Below, piece by piece: positions 1 to 8,715 of a DNA stretch of 51,328 nucleotides. Below the pieces are notes generated by a model. The model did not search any database. It was given only the letters and a program-made list of their open reading frames with translations, and had not been told where the DNA came from. Position numbers and translations under genes: made by a program. This DNA is from Planctomycetota bacterium (GTDB lineage: Bacteria > Planctomycetota > UBA1135 > UBA2386). Numbering within the stretch: position 1 is the first letter of the stretch; the number at the start of each line of letters is the position of its first letter. Location of the stretch: the NCBI GenBank assembly GCA_044351865.1, contig JBILEY010000002.1, positions 1 to 51,328 on the forward strand. The letters are read 5' to 3'.

Positions 1-1851
1 GCCGGCCAGCTGCGCCGAGAGATCGCGGTTGCCCGGATCCGAGAAGTTGCCGCCGGTCGTCCAGCCGGTCAGCGCGGCGAACGTCGACGAGGCGACGTTC
101 TGCCACAGCACCTGCACCGTGCCGTCCGGGTAGAACTGCATCTGGAAGCTGTTCGGCGACGTGCTGGAGAGCAGGTTGACGTTGTTCCAGCTCAGCACGG
201 CCCGCGTCGCATTGGCTTCGAACCACACGTTGTTGGCGCTCGCCGCTTGCGGATTGAACAGCGACCAGAGACCCGCCCAGCGCGGCTGCCCTTGCAGGAA
301 GCTGCTGACGCTGGGCGAGATCTGCGAGGCGTTCGGAGTGCCGGGCGACACGTAGCCGCTCGAGTGGACTCGCAGCTGGGTCGTCGAGCCGCCGGGGTAG
401 GGCAGCGAGAACGGCAGCGTGACCGTGGTCTGCGTGTTCAGCGCCAGCGCCAGGTTGGTGCCCGCGACGGGCGCGTAGGTGGCGGTCGGCTCACCGATGG
501 TGTAGCCGCCGCTGCCGAGCGTCATCGTCATCGAGCGACCGGCGAGGTCGAACCCGCTGAGGGCCGGGAACAGCTGGTAGAACGTCGCCGTGCACGTGCC
601 GCAGGGCGTGCCCACCGAGCTCTTGGTCGCGAACGTCAGGCCGCTGGGGACCTGGCTCTGGATCTGGACCGACAGGGCGCCGGGGCCCGGTCGTGCTTCG
701 TCGATCGTCATCGCGCCAGCACCTGGTGCGATCGAGCAGTCGAACGAGCAGTTGTAGATGGTGTTCCAGTTCAGCGCGTTGGTGCCGACCGCGGTGAAGG
801 CCAGCTCGCTGCCGTTGTTGCTGAACGTCCAGTCGTTCAGCGGATCCGTGTCGATGTCGCGGAACGTCGGGTTGACGACCGTCGCCCCGGGGGCGAGCGG
901 GACGCGGAACGACGCGCCGCCGCGGTTGTTGTCGCAGTTGTGGATCGCGTAGGCGTAGCGATACATGCCGCCGCCGAGCGCCGTGACCTTGCTGGCGACG
1001 AAGAAGCGGCCGTCGTCGTTGCCGTTCAGGCCGCTGTTGACCTGCGCGCCCGGCCACCGCGTCAGGATCGAGCCGTAGGCCTGGCCGACGCCGTTGTTGG
1101 CGAACGTCCAGCTGCCAGCGGAGCCGGCCGGCGTGAAGCCGCGCGAGGCCAGGTTGTCACCGCGGTTCGCCACGGCCTCGCCCTGGTGGATCAGGTGGAT
1201 GCCGTAGAAGTACTGCGCCCCGGCGGTGAGCAGGTCCTGTTCCTTCACGGTGACGCGGTTCTTCACCGAGTCGAAGCTCGCCGGGTTGAGGCTGCGCACG
1301 CCATCGGCGGGCAGCGGGTAGCCGGCCTGGACCGGATCGCCGATGTCGAAGTAGCTGCCGAGCGGGTTCCACGTGCCGAGCCACGGATCGATCTCGGGTG
1401 CCGGGCCGAGCCACACGCGGTCGGCGTTGTTGCCGGATCCGTAGGTGTCGGCACAGTTGATCCCCATCAGCGAGCCGGTGCCGGGGTTCTGGCAGGGACC
1501 GCACGTGGCCGTGTAGTTGGTCGAGGTGAACGCGTGCTTGCAGAACGAGCGGTCGCTGATCTGCTCGATGCGGTCGCCGACGACGCGCACGATCAGGAAG
1601 CCGAACTTCGGGTGGTTCGGCTGCATCGCCGCCTGCCACGGGATCACCACCGTGCCCGGGTTGCACATCTCGTTGAGCATCGCCATGCCGACTTCACCGT
1701 TCGGGAAGGCGGCTCCGCGGCGACCATAGAACGTCAGGTCGTCGATGATGGTGAGTCGACCGTCGAGACCTGGAACGGTGTTCGCCTGGGCGACGAGGGA
1801 GGTGGTGAGTGCTGACGCGAGCGCCAGCAACGACGAGGGTCGTAGGGTCAT
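1..1851 (-). CDS. Secreted protein of unknown function; 5' end in window, 3' end runs off the left edge
   Basis: Absent from the ORF track because no stop lies in the window. My translation of the reverse strand from the ATG at 1851..1849 stays open to position 1; I checked every tca/cta/tta triplet for frame and none is in frame. Signal peptide MTLRPSSLLALASALTTSLVAQA. Composition is normal (N/Y/W/F/C-rich, e.g. FYGRRGAAFPNGEVGMAMLNEMCNPG, YRYAYAIHNCDNNRGG), unlike the Arg-rich antisense ORF 247..1815. Confidence 0.7.
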   Translation of the reverse strand, partial: MTLRPSSLLALASALTTSLVAQANTVPGLDGRLTIIDDLTFYGRRGAAFPNGEVGMAMLNEMCNPGTVVIPWQAAMQPNHPKFGFLIVRVVGDRIEQISDRSFCKHAFTSTNYTATCGPCQNPGTGSLMGINCADTYGSGNNADRVWLGPAPEIDPWLGTWNPLGSYFDIGDPVQAGYPLPADGVRSLNPASFDSVKNRVTVKEQDLLTAGAQYFYGIHLIHQGEAVANRGDNLASRGFTPAGSAGSWTFANNGVGQAYGSILTRWPGAQVNSGLNGNDDGRFFVASKVTALGGGMYRYAYAIHNCDNNRGGASFRVPLAPGATVVNPTFRDIDTDPLNDWTFSNNGSELAFTAVGTNALNWNTIYNCSFDCSIAPGAGAMTIDEARPGPGALSVQIQSQVPSGLTFATKSSVGTPCGTCTATFYQLFPALSGFDLAGRSMTMTLGSGGYTIGEPTATYAPVAGTNLALALNTQTTVTLPFSLPYPGGSTTQLRVHSSGYVSPGTPNASQISPSVSSFLQGQPRWAGLWSLFNPQAASANNVWFEANATRAVLSWNNVNLLSSTSPNSFQMQFYPDGTVQVLWQNVASSTFAALTGWTTGGNFSDPGNRDLSAQLAG

Positions 1852-1951
1852 TTCGGCGATGGGAAGGGCGGCAGGGTGCAGCCCCTCGGGGTCGGGAGGC
1901 TACCCGCAGGCGACGATCCGCGGCAGGGGCCCCGCCCGCGGCGGGTGCGAG

Positions 1952-3523
1952 TCACAGCGAAACCGACTGCTCCGCCCACAGCTGGAACTCGCGGTGCTTC
2001 TGCTCCTCGGCGCGCGCCAGCACGTCGCCGCTGGCGCAGCGCAGCACGTGCTCGAACACGCGCTGGCCGACCTGCTCGATGCTCTCGAGGCCGTCGATGA
2101 TGGTGCCGGCGTCGAGGTCGAGGTCGCGGCTCATGCGGCGGAAGATCGGCGTGTTCGACGTCAGCTTCAGCACCGGTGCCACGGCGTTGCCGATCGTGGT
2201 GCCGCGGCCGGTGGTGAACACGACGACCTGCGCGCCAGCGCCGATCAGGCCGGGCGTGGACTCCTGGTCGTAGCCGGGGCCCTGCATCAGCGTCAGGCCG
2301 CGGTGCGCCGGCGGTTGCGCGTACGGCGTGCAGCCTTCGACGCGCGTGGTGCCGGCCTTCGCCATCGCGCCGAGCGACTTGATGGTGATGTTCAGCAGGC
2401 CGCCCTTGATGTTGCCCGGGCTCGGATTGTCGTCGAGCTTGGTGCCGAACTTGCCCGCGTACTCCTTGTACCAGTCGACGTAGGCGAACACTTCGCGCGC
2501 GGTGGCGAGGTCCTTCGCGCGCGCGGCGAACAGGTGCTCGCCGCCGCAGAACTCGGGGATCTCGGTGATCAGCACGGTGCCGCCGTTCCGGACCAGCAGG
2601 TCGGCGGCGTGGCCGAGGGCCGGATTGGCGGACAGGCCGGAGAAGCCGTCGCTGCCGCCGCATTTGACGCCGAGCGACAGGTGCTCGGCCGACTGCACGC
2701 TGCGCTCGGCGCGGTTCACGATCGGCAGCATCTGCTGCACGAGTTCGAGGCCCTTCTCGATCGCGCCCTGCGTGCCGCCGCACTCCTGCACGCCGATCCA
2801 GTGCACGGGCTTCTGCGTCGACAGGCCGCCGCGCTGCTTCAGGTACTTCTCGACCAGCGTCAGGTTCGTCTTCTCGCAGCCGAGGTCCATGAACAGCACG
2901 CCACCGATGTTCGGGTGGTCGGCGTAGTTCGCCAGCGTGCGCAGCATGACGTCGAGGTTGCTGCCGTCGCTGCATCCGCAACCCTTGTTGTGCGGCAGTG
3001 CGACGACGCCGTCGACGTTGGGGAAGCGCGCGCGGCTCCAGTGCGCGTACTCGGCGATGGTCGCGATCTGCAGCGCTTCGTGGCTGCTGCACATGCTGGT
3101 CGGCACGATCAGCACGAAGTTGCGGGTGCCGACGCGGCCGTCGTCGCGCAGGAACCCGCGGAAGGTCGCGCGCTGTGCCGGCGGCACGTAGTCGGGCGCC
3201 GGGTTGTGCAGCGTGGCCGGCAGGTCGCGCACGACCGGCACTTCGTTGCTCATGTTGGCGTGGCTGATCGGATCGCCGGCCTGGATGCCGCGGCTGGTGC
3301 CGATCGGCTGCCCGTACTGCAGCACGAACGTGCCCGCCGGGATGTCGCGCGTGGCGAAGCGGTGGCCGGGCGTCACTTCACCGGGAATCGGCAGCGCGCG
3401 GCCGTCTGGGAAGGCGACGACGTCGCCGGCGGCGAGGGCGGACTTGACGATGGCGACGTTGTCCTTCGCCGAGACGACGACGGCACACTGGGCGAGGGGA
3501 CGCGCGGAGGTGGGAGACGCCAT
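1952..3523 (-). CDS. UxaA-family sugar-acid dehydratase (altronate/galactarate dehydratase-like)
   Basis: Track ORF 1952..3733, trimmed to Met71 (cat at 3521..3523). N-terminal SAF-like segment (VVSAKDNVAIVKSALAAGD), then typical UxaA core blocks (HNKGCGC, GVKCGGSDGFSG, VVVFTTGRGTTIGN). About 523 aa. Confidence 0.85.
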   Translation of the reverse strand: MASPTSARPLAQCAVVVSAKDNVAIVKSALAAGDVVAFPDGRALPIPGEVTPGHRFATRDIPAGTFVLQYGQPIGTSRGIQAGDPISHANMSNEVPVVRDLPATLHNPAPDYVPPAQRATFRGFLRDDGRVGTRNFVLIVPTSMCSSHEALQIATIAEYAHWSRARFPNVDGVVALPHNKGCGCSDGSNLDVMLRTLANYADHPNIGGVLFMDLGCEKTNLTLVEKYLKQRGGLSTQKPVHWIGVQECGGTQGAIEKGLELVQQMLPIVNRAERSVQSAEHLSLGVKCGGSDGFSGLSANPALGHAADLLVRNGGTVLITEIPEFCGGEHLFAARAKDLATAREVFAYVDWYKEYAGKFGTKLDDNPSPGNIKGGLLNITIKSLGAMAKAGTTRVEGCTPYAQPPAHRGLTLMQGPGYDQESTPGLIGAGAQVVVFTTGRGTTIGNAVAPVLKLTSNTPIFRRMSRDLDLDAGTIIDGLESIEQVGQRVFEHVLRCASGDVLARAEEQKHREFQLWAEQSVSL

Positions 3524-3649
3524 GCGGGCGCGGATGCTAGCGCCATCGCCGGGGTGGGCCATGTTGGCTGCGCGGTGCTTCGGATCCTCTCCCTTCCTCA
3601 GGCGTTCCAACCCCATGCTTCGCAACGACCTCTGATGTCCTCCCGAGAA

Positions 3650-3685
3650 TGGGTAGTGGCCGTTACCCAAGTTTGGGTAGTGGCC
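3650..3685. promoter_or_regulatory. Candidate operator upstream of the dehydratase gene: 12-bp direct repeat TGGGTAGTGGCC x2 with an embedded TGGGTA/TACCCA inverted repeat
   Basis: TGGGTAGTGGCC occurs at 3650..3661 and again at 3674..3685 (24 bp start to start). TACCCA at 3664..3669 is the reverse complement of TGGGTA. The site is in the 222-bp intergenic region, 127 to 162 bp upstream of the start at 3523. Confidence 0.3.
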
Positions 3686-3745
3686 AATGCTGCCGTTCTG
3701 TCGGGGAGCGCTCGTTGGGGGGCGCGCATCCAAGACGCGCCGCTG

Positions 3746-4987
3746 TCAGAACGTGACCTCGACCGAGCGCAGCGCCGGCCGAAGGCGGTCGCCGGTGCGC
3801 CGCGCTTCGTCGAGCAGGGTGCGCGGCTCGACCTGCAGCACCCCGGCGAACACTTCCTTGCTGCCGACCACCACGCGCACCTGCTCGCCGACCGCGAACC
3901 ACGGCGCGCGGAACGCGAAGCGCCCGCGTTTCACTCCCTTGCCCTGCAGGGTGACGGTCTTCACCTCGCCCTTCTTGGTGATCTGCCAGCGCACCGACAC
4001 GACCTGCTTCAGCATCGCGCGCACGGTGGTGCGCCGCTGCTCGTCGAGCGACAGGTTGGCCGGCACCGGCACCTGTTCGGGCACGACCACCGCGCGTTCG
4101 TCGACCTCGAGCACGAGGAACAGCGGGTGCTCGACGTTCGGACCGTCGGCGAGCAGCGTGAACTGCATCGGCCGCGCGTCCCCGTACGGCGTCGCCAGCA
4201 GCGCTGCGCCGGCGTCGCGTTCGCCGGTGAGCGGCTGCACGTGGCCCTGGTCGGCGGCCTCCCAGGCGGTGAAGCGCAGGCCCAGCGTCTGGTGCGTTCG
4301 CTTCACTTCGCGCAGGTTCCACAGCAGCTCCGGGTCCTCCTTCGTGCCGCAGACGCTCAGCATCTCGGTGCCGACGAGGTTCGGCAGCAGGCGGAACGAC
4401 GTGCGCCGCGGTCCACCGCCGCGCCCGACGAAGCCGCGCGCCCAGCCCGGCCGGTGCATCGTGTCGTCCCAGCAGGCGTGGCCGCCCCACGAGAAGCCCG
4501 TCCACCACAGCGCGTTCGCATCGCCGCCGGTCCGCCACGCGATCGCGTTCAGGGTCTTCAGGTGCGCGCCGCGTTCGAGGTCCGAGAACTGGTCGGCCAT
4601 GTAGCCCGACATGCCGGCAACGATGACGGGCTGGTTCTCGGCGCCTGCCAACAGGTCGCCAGTGCCGTTGAACGCGTAGAGCACGGGCAAGAGCTGGCCC
4701 TGTGCTCGCTCCGCTGGTGCACGCGCCTTCACCGTCAGCTGCATGTCCCCGTACGGAACGATGAAGCTCGTCTCGCCACGCAGTGGTTCGGGCCGCGTCG
4801 TCATCGCGGCCAGCAGTGAGTCGCCGGTCGCGTCGCTGCGCGCCAGCAGTTCGCCTCGAAGGCGCTCGTAGCCAGCGTCGTCGATGGCGTCGAGGCAGGC
4901 GGTGACTGCGTCGGTGAGCGGCGACTGGGCGGTCAGCGACGTCGTCAGCAGTAGCGCCGCAGCGAGCGGCAGGAGGCGCATCGTCAT
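3746..4987 (-). CDS. Secreted alpha/beta-hydrolase-like protein (esterase/depolymerase-like), function uncertain
   Basis: Track ORF, 413 aa. Signal peptide MTMRLLPLAAALLLTTSLTAQS. GFSWGG matches the G-x-S-x-G nucleophile elbow. Composition is normal. Confidence 0.65.
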   Translation of the reverse strand: MTMRLLPLAAALLLTTSLTAQSPLTDAVTACLDAIDDAGYERLRGELLARSDATGDSLLAAMTTRPEPLRGETSFIVPYGDMQLTVKARAPAERAQGQLLPVLYAFNGTGDLLAGAENQPVIVAGMSGYMADQFSDLERGAHLKTLNAIAWRTGGDANALWWTGFSWGGHACWDDTMHRPGWARGFVGRGGGPRRTSFRLLPNLVGTEMLSVCGTKEDPELLWNLREVKRTHQTLGLRFTAWEAADQGHVQPLTGERDAGAALLATPYGDARPMQFTLLADGPNVEHPLFLVLEVDERAVVVPEQVPVPANLSLDEQRRTTVRAMLKQVVSVRWQITKKGEVKTVTLQGKGVKRGRFAFRAPWFAVGEQVRVVVGSKEVFAGVLQVEPRTLLDEARRTGDRLRPALRSVEVTF

Positions 4988-5086
4988 GTCGGTCCCCGGT
5001 TGCGGGCGGCGTTCGGGCTTCGCCGTGGGGCGAAGTCTAAGCCGCCGCTCGCGCTCGCGGTGGCTGGCTCCCGTCGTGCACCGCGG

Positions 5087-6064
5087 TCACTTCGCCGGCA
5101 GATCGCGCACGTCGAGTCCACCCTGCGCATACAGCTTGCGGAAGCGCGCGATCGTGTCGCGAATGCCCGCCGCCAGCCCCGTGTGCGGCACCTGCGGGTA
5201 GTCGCGTGCGAACGCGCGGCCGTCGAGCAGCGGCGGGATCGGGATGCGCGGGCCGCCGATGGTGAGGCGACCGAGCGCGGTCGGGCACTCGGCTTCGATC
5301 GTGCGCACGACGTCGGCGACGTCGACGGTGTCGCCGTGCAGGTTGTAGAGCAGCGCCCCTTGCGGCCCGCCGTCGGCGGCGGCGACGAACGCGGCGGCGG
5401 TGTCGGCGACGTAGTGGAAGTCGGTCGGGCCGCTGAAGCCGATGTGGAACGGGCGGCCGAGCACCGCCGCCTTCATCGCCGTCGTCGGTCCCGAGGTCAG
5501 GCCCTGGTCGCGGCCGACGCCGTAGACGGTCAGCGGGCGCAAGCCGACGCTGACGAGCTTCTTCTCGAGCCAGTAGATGCGCGCCGTGCCTTCGTTCGCC
5601 TGCTTGTAGACGCCGTAGTGCGTGACTGGCGCCAGCTGCGCGCTCTCGGTGACCGCGGTGCCGTCGTCTTCGCTCGGGCCGAACACCGCCGCACTGCTCG
5701 CATAGGCGATGCGTTGCACTCCGGCGGCCAGCGCTGCCTCGAACACGTGGATCGTGCCGAGCACGTTGACGCGCGCACCGAGGGCGGGGTCCTGACGGCA
5801 GAACGGCACCTGCAGGCCGGCGAGGTGCACGATCGCGCGCGGCTTGCACGCGGCGACGGCGCGCTTCGTGGCGTCGAGATCGGTGATGTCGCCGGCGACG
5901 AACTGCACCTTGGCGAGGCCGTCCTCGCCGAGCACATCGCGGATGCGGCGGGGATCGCCGCCGAGATCGAACACGACCGGGCGGTCGCCGCGTTCGACGA
6001 GGTGCTTCACGACCCAGGCGCCGATGCAGCCGAGCGCGCCGGTGACGAAGTAGGTGTCGTTCAT
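5087..6064 (-). CDS. NAD(P)-dependent epimerase/dehydratase (extended SDR family)
   Basis: Track ORF, 325 aa. N-terminal Rossmann motif YFVTGALGCIGAWVV (GxxGxxG). YxxxK-like YGVYK. Its start overlaps the stop of the upstream amidohydrolase gene (ATGA at 6061..6064). Confidence 0.85.
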   Translation of the reverse strand: MNDTYFVTGALGCIGAWVVKHLVERGDRPVVFDLGGDPRRIRDVLGEDGLAKVQFVAGDITDLDATKRAVAACKPRAIVHLAGLQVPFCRQDPALGARVNVLGTIHVFEAALAAGVQRIAYASSAAVFGPSEDDGTAVTESAQLAPVTHYGVYKQANEGTARIYWLEKKLVSVGLRPLTVYGVGRDQGLTSGPTTAMKAAVLGRPFHIGFSGPTDFHYVADTAAAFVAAADGGPQGALLYNLHGDTVDVADVVRTIEAECPTALGRLTIGGPRIPIPPLLDGRAFARDYPQVPHTGLAAGIRDTIARFRKLYAQGGLDVRDLPAK

Positions 6065-6921
6065 GAGGTGGTGGCGTTCGCCAGTCGGTAGATGCGGGCG
6101 GCGTTGCCGCCGAACAGCAGTTCGCGCGTGCCCGCGGGCAGTAGCTCAGCCCAGTCGGCGACGAGCGTGTGTACCGCCGCGTGGTCGCGCGCGGCGAGCA
6201 AGCAGACCGGCCAATCGGAGCCGAACATCACGCGGTGTTCGCCGAACGCGTCGAGTGCGCGGTCGAGGTACCAGCGCAGGTCGTCGGCGCTCCAGCCGTG
6301 CCAGTCGGCTTCGGTGACGAGGCCGCTGAGCTTGCAGGCGACGTGCGGCGACGCGGCGACGCGGCAGAACGCGCGTTCCCACTCCTCGCGCTCGCCGCGC
6401 GCGATGTCGGGCTTGCCGAGATGGTCGAGCACGAACGGCTGGTCCGGCAGCGCCTCGACGAAGTCCGCCGCGGCGTCGAGCTGGCGCGCGTAGACGAGCA
6501 CGTCGTAGACCAGTTCGTGGCGCGCCAGCGTGCGCACGCCGGCGCGGAAGTCGCGGCGGTAGAGGAAGTCGTCGGCTTCGGCCTGCACGACGTGGCGCAG
6601 GCCGACGAGCTTCGGCTCGCGCGCGAGGGCCGCGACCCGATCGCGCGCATCGGGTGTGCACAGGTCGGCCCAGCCGACGACGCCGCGCACGAACGGGTGC
6701 TCGCGGGCGAGTTCGAGCAGGAAGCGGTTCTCCTCGTCGCTGCAGCGCGCCTGCACGGCGATGCAGCCGTCGAAGCCGTTCTTCGTCAGCTCGGGCTGCA
6801 GGTCCGCGGGCAGGAAGTCGCGCGCGAGGCGCTGCATGCGGGCGTCGATCCAGCCGTACTCCTGCGGGCTGTAGTGCCAGAAGTGCTGGTGGGCGTCGAT
6901 CCGCACGAGGGGCGGGATCAT
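6061..6921 (-). CDS. Amidohydrolase-2 family protein (metal-dependent hydrolase, sugar-lactonase-like)
   Basis: Track ORF, 286 aa. N-terminal IDAHQHFW metal-binding HxH block and C-terminal FGSDWP block, both typical of the PF04909-type TIM-barrel hydrolases. Confidence 0.85.
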   Translation of the reverse strand: MIPPLVRIDAHQHFWHYSPQEYGWIDARMQRLARDFLPADLQPELTKNGFDGCIAVQARCSDEENRFLLELAREHPFVRGVVGWADLCTPDARDRVAALAREPKLVGLRHVVQAEADDFLYRRDFRAGVRTLARHELVYDVLVYARQLDAAADFVEALPDQPFVLDHLGKPDIARGEREEWERAFCRVAASPHVACKLSGLVTEADWHGWSADDLRWYLDRALDAFGEHRVMFGSDWPVCLLAARDHAAVHTLVADWAELLPAGTRELLFGGNAARIYRLANATTS

Positions 6922-6975
6922 GAAGGCGCTGTGCTGTCGCGCAAGTGCGCGGTCGGGCTATGCTCGCCGCCGCCC

Positions 6976-8688
6976 ATGACTGCGACCAACTTCCGGACCG
7001 AGAACAACACGCTGCGCAAGCTGCTCGGCAATGGGCTCACCTATCGCGTCCCGCAGTTCCAGCGCGACTACAGCTGGTCGGAGCAGGAGTGGGAAGACCT
7101 GTGGCAGGACCTGCTCGGCACTCTGCGCGACGACGGCGAGCCGGCCCACTACATGGGCTACCTCGTCCTGCAGTCCTCGGACGATCGCGTTTTCGACGTC
7201 ATCGACGGACAGCAACGATTGACGACCGTCAGCGTGCTGGTTCTGGCGGTGTTGAAGGGGCTGCAGCGTTTGGTCGACGCAGGCATCGACGCCGCGAGCA
7301 ATCGCCAGCGCATGGACCAGATCCGTGGTACCTACCTCGGCTACCTGGACCCTGTGACCCTGGTCGCGCGGCCGAAGCTGACGCTGAATCGCAACAACAA
7401 CAGCTATTGGCAGAGTCATGTCGTTCCGCTCGGAGCGATGCCGCAGCGTGGATTCCGGGCGTCGGAACAGCTGCTGCGTGCGGCGTTCACCTGGTTCGAC
7501 GACAAGGTGAACGGCCTCGTCGCGTCGGAGGTCGACAAAGGCAAGGCTCTGGCGAGCTTCCTGGAGAGGATCAGCGATCGCCTGTTCTTCACGGTCATCA
7601 CCGTCACGGACGAGCTGAACGCCTACAAGGTGTTCGAGACGCTGAACGCGCGTGGCGTGCGGCTGTCCGCCACGGACCTGCTGAAGAACTGGCTGTTCTC
7701 GCTGCTCGCGCGCGACGGGGCCTCCAAGGAAGACGTTGCCGCGCTCGAGGATCGGTGGGAGGCGATGGTCGGCAGGCTCGGCGCCGAGGACTTCCCGGAC
7801 TTCTTGCGTGTGCACTGGAACAGCCGTCGCGAGTTCACGCGGCAGGCGGGCCTGTTCAAGACGATCCGGGCCCAGGTCGCCGATCGCGGCTCGGTGTTCG
7901 CCCTCTTGCGTGAGATGGAGGAGGACCTCGACCACTACCTCGCACTGGTGGAGCCCGAAGGGTCCAGTTGGTCGGAGACGGCGAAGGAGAGCGCGCGCAT
8001 CCTGAAGCTCTTCCGGGTGGAGCGGCCGCACTCCATGCTGATCGCGGCCCGCCGGCGCTTCACACCGAACGTGTTCGAGGACGTGCTCCGCGACTGCTTG
8101 GTCATCTCTTTCCGGGCGAGCGTGATCTGTGGCTTCAGTGCCGGTGAACAGGAGCGCGTCTTCAGCGACGCGGCGCTGGCGATCGCTGCTGGCAAGCTCG
8201 AATCACGGAAGGCGGTGCTCGACCGATTGCGTGCGATCTACCCCGCGGACAAGACCTTTCGAGCAGCGTTCGCGGAGAAGGTGGTCCGGACCACGCAAGC
8301 CCGGAACGCGCGGGTTGTGCGCTACCTGCTATGCAGGATCGAACGGCACGTCGGTGGACGCGCCGAGATCTCGTTCGACAGCGACAGCTTCAACATCGAG
8401 CACGTGCTGCCGCAGAACCCCGGGACCGAGTGGGGGCAGTTCACCGAGGCCGAAGCGGAAGGCCTCGTCTACCGCCTCGGCAACATGACGCTGACGAAGA
8501 GTGGCGACAACGCGGCGATGGGCAATGCCGGTTGGTCGAGCAAGCGCGCGGTCCTCGAGCGCAGTGAGTTCGAGGTCACTCGCCGCATCGCTCGCGAGAA
8601 CGAGTCCTGGGACGCCGGGCGCATCGCGGCCCACCAGGCGTGGCTGGCGACGCAGGCGTTGGCGATCTGGCGCATCGACGGTCTCTGA
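6976..8688 (+). CDS. DUF262/DUF1524 two-domain protein, GmrSD-like type IV (modification-dependent) restriction endonuclease candidate
   Basis: Real part of track ORF 6169..8688, starting at ATG 6976 (MTATNFRTENN); the upstream extension overlaps the amidohydrolase gene. N-terminal domain has the DGQQR motif (VIDGQQRLTT). C-terminal domain has His-Me-finger-like FNIEHVLPQN and LGNMTLT. Visibly lower GC than its neighbours. Confidence 0.8.
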   Translation: MTATNFRTENNTLRKLLGNGLTYRVPQFQRDYSWSEQEWEDLWQDLLGTLRDDGEPAHYMGYLVLQSSDDRVFDVIDGQQRLTTVSVLVLAVLKGLQRLVDAGIDAASNRQRMDQIRGTYLGYLDPVTLVARPKLTLNRNNNSYWQSHVVPLGAMPQRGFRASEQLLRAAFTWFDDKVNGLVASEVDKGKALASFLERISDRLFFTVITVTDELNAYKVFETLNARGVRLSATDLLKNWLFSLLARDGASKEDVAALEDRWEAMVGRLGAEDFPDFLRVHWNSRREFTRQAGLFKTIRAQVADRGSVFALLREMEEDLDHYLALVEPEGSSWSETAKESARILKLFRVERPHSMLIAARRRFTPNVFEDVLRDCLVISFRASVICGFSAGEQERVFSDAALAIAAGKLESRKAVLDRLRAIYPADKTFRAAFAEKVVRTTQARNARVVRYLLCRIERHVGGRAEISFDSDSFNIEHVLPQNPGTEWGQFTEAEAEGLVYRLGNMTLTKSGDNAAMGNAGWSSKRAVLERSEFEVTRRIARENESWDAGRIAAHQAWLATQALAIWRIDGL

Positions 8689-8715
8689 CGCTCCGGTCGC
8701 CTGCGCAGAGCAGCA

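Noticed and set aside
247-1815. 522-aa plus-strand ORF covering the left end.
   Set aside because: It has Arg/Gly/Ala/Val-rich composition. The opposite strand encodes a compositionally normal secreted protein that is open to the window edge.
1745-4819. 1024-aa plus-strand ORF.
   Set aside because: It is an Ala/Arg/Gly/Val-rich shadow frame antisense to the UxaA-family dehydratase and the secreted hydrolase.
6169-6975. 5' extension of the DUF262/DUF1524 ORF (the track start at 6169).
   Set aside because: The extension is Ala/Arg/Val-rich and lies entirely antisense to the amidohydrolase gene. The family-typical N-terminus begins at ATG 6976.
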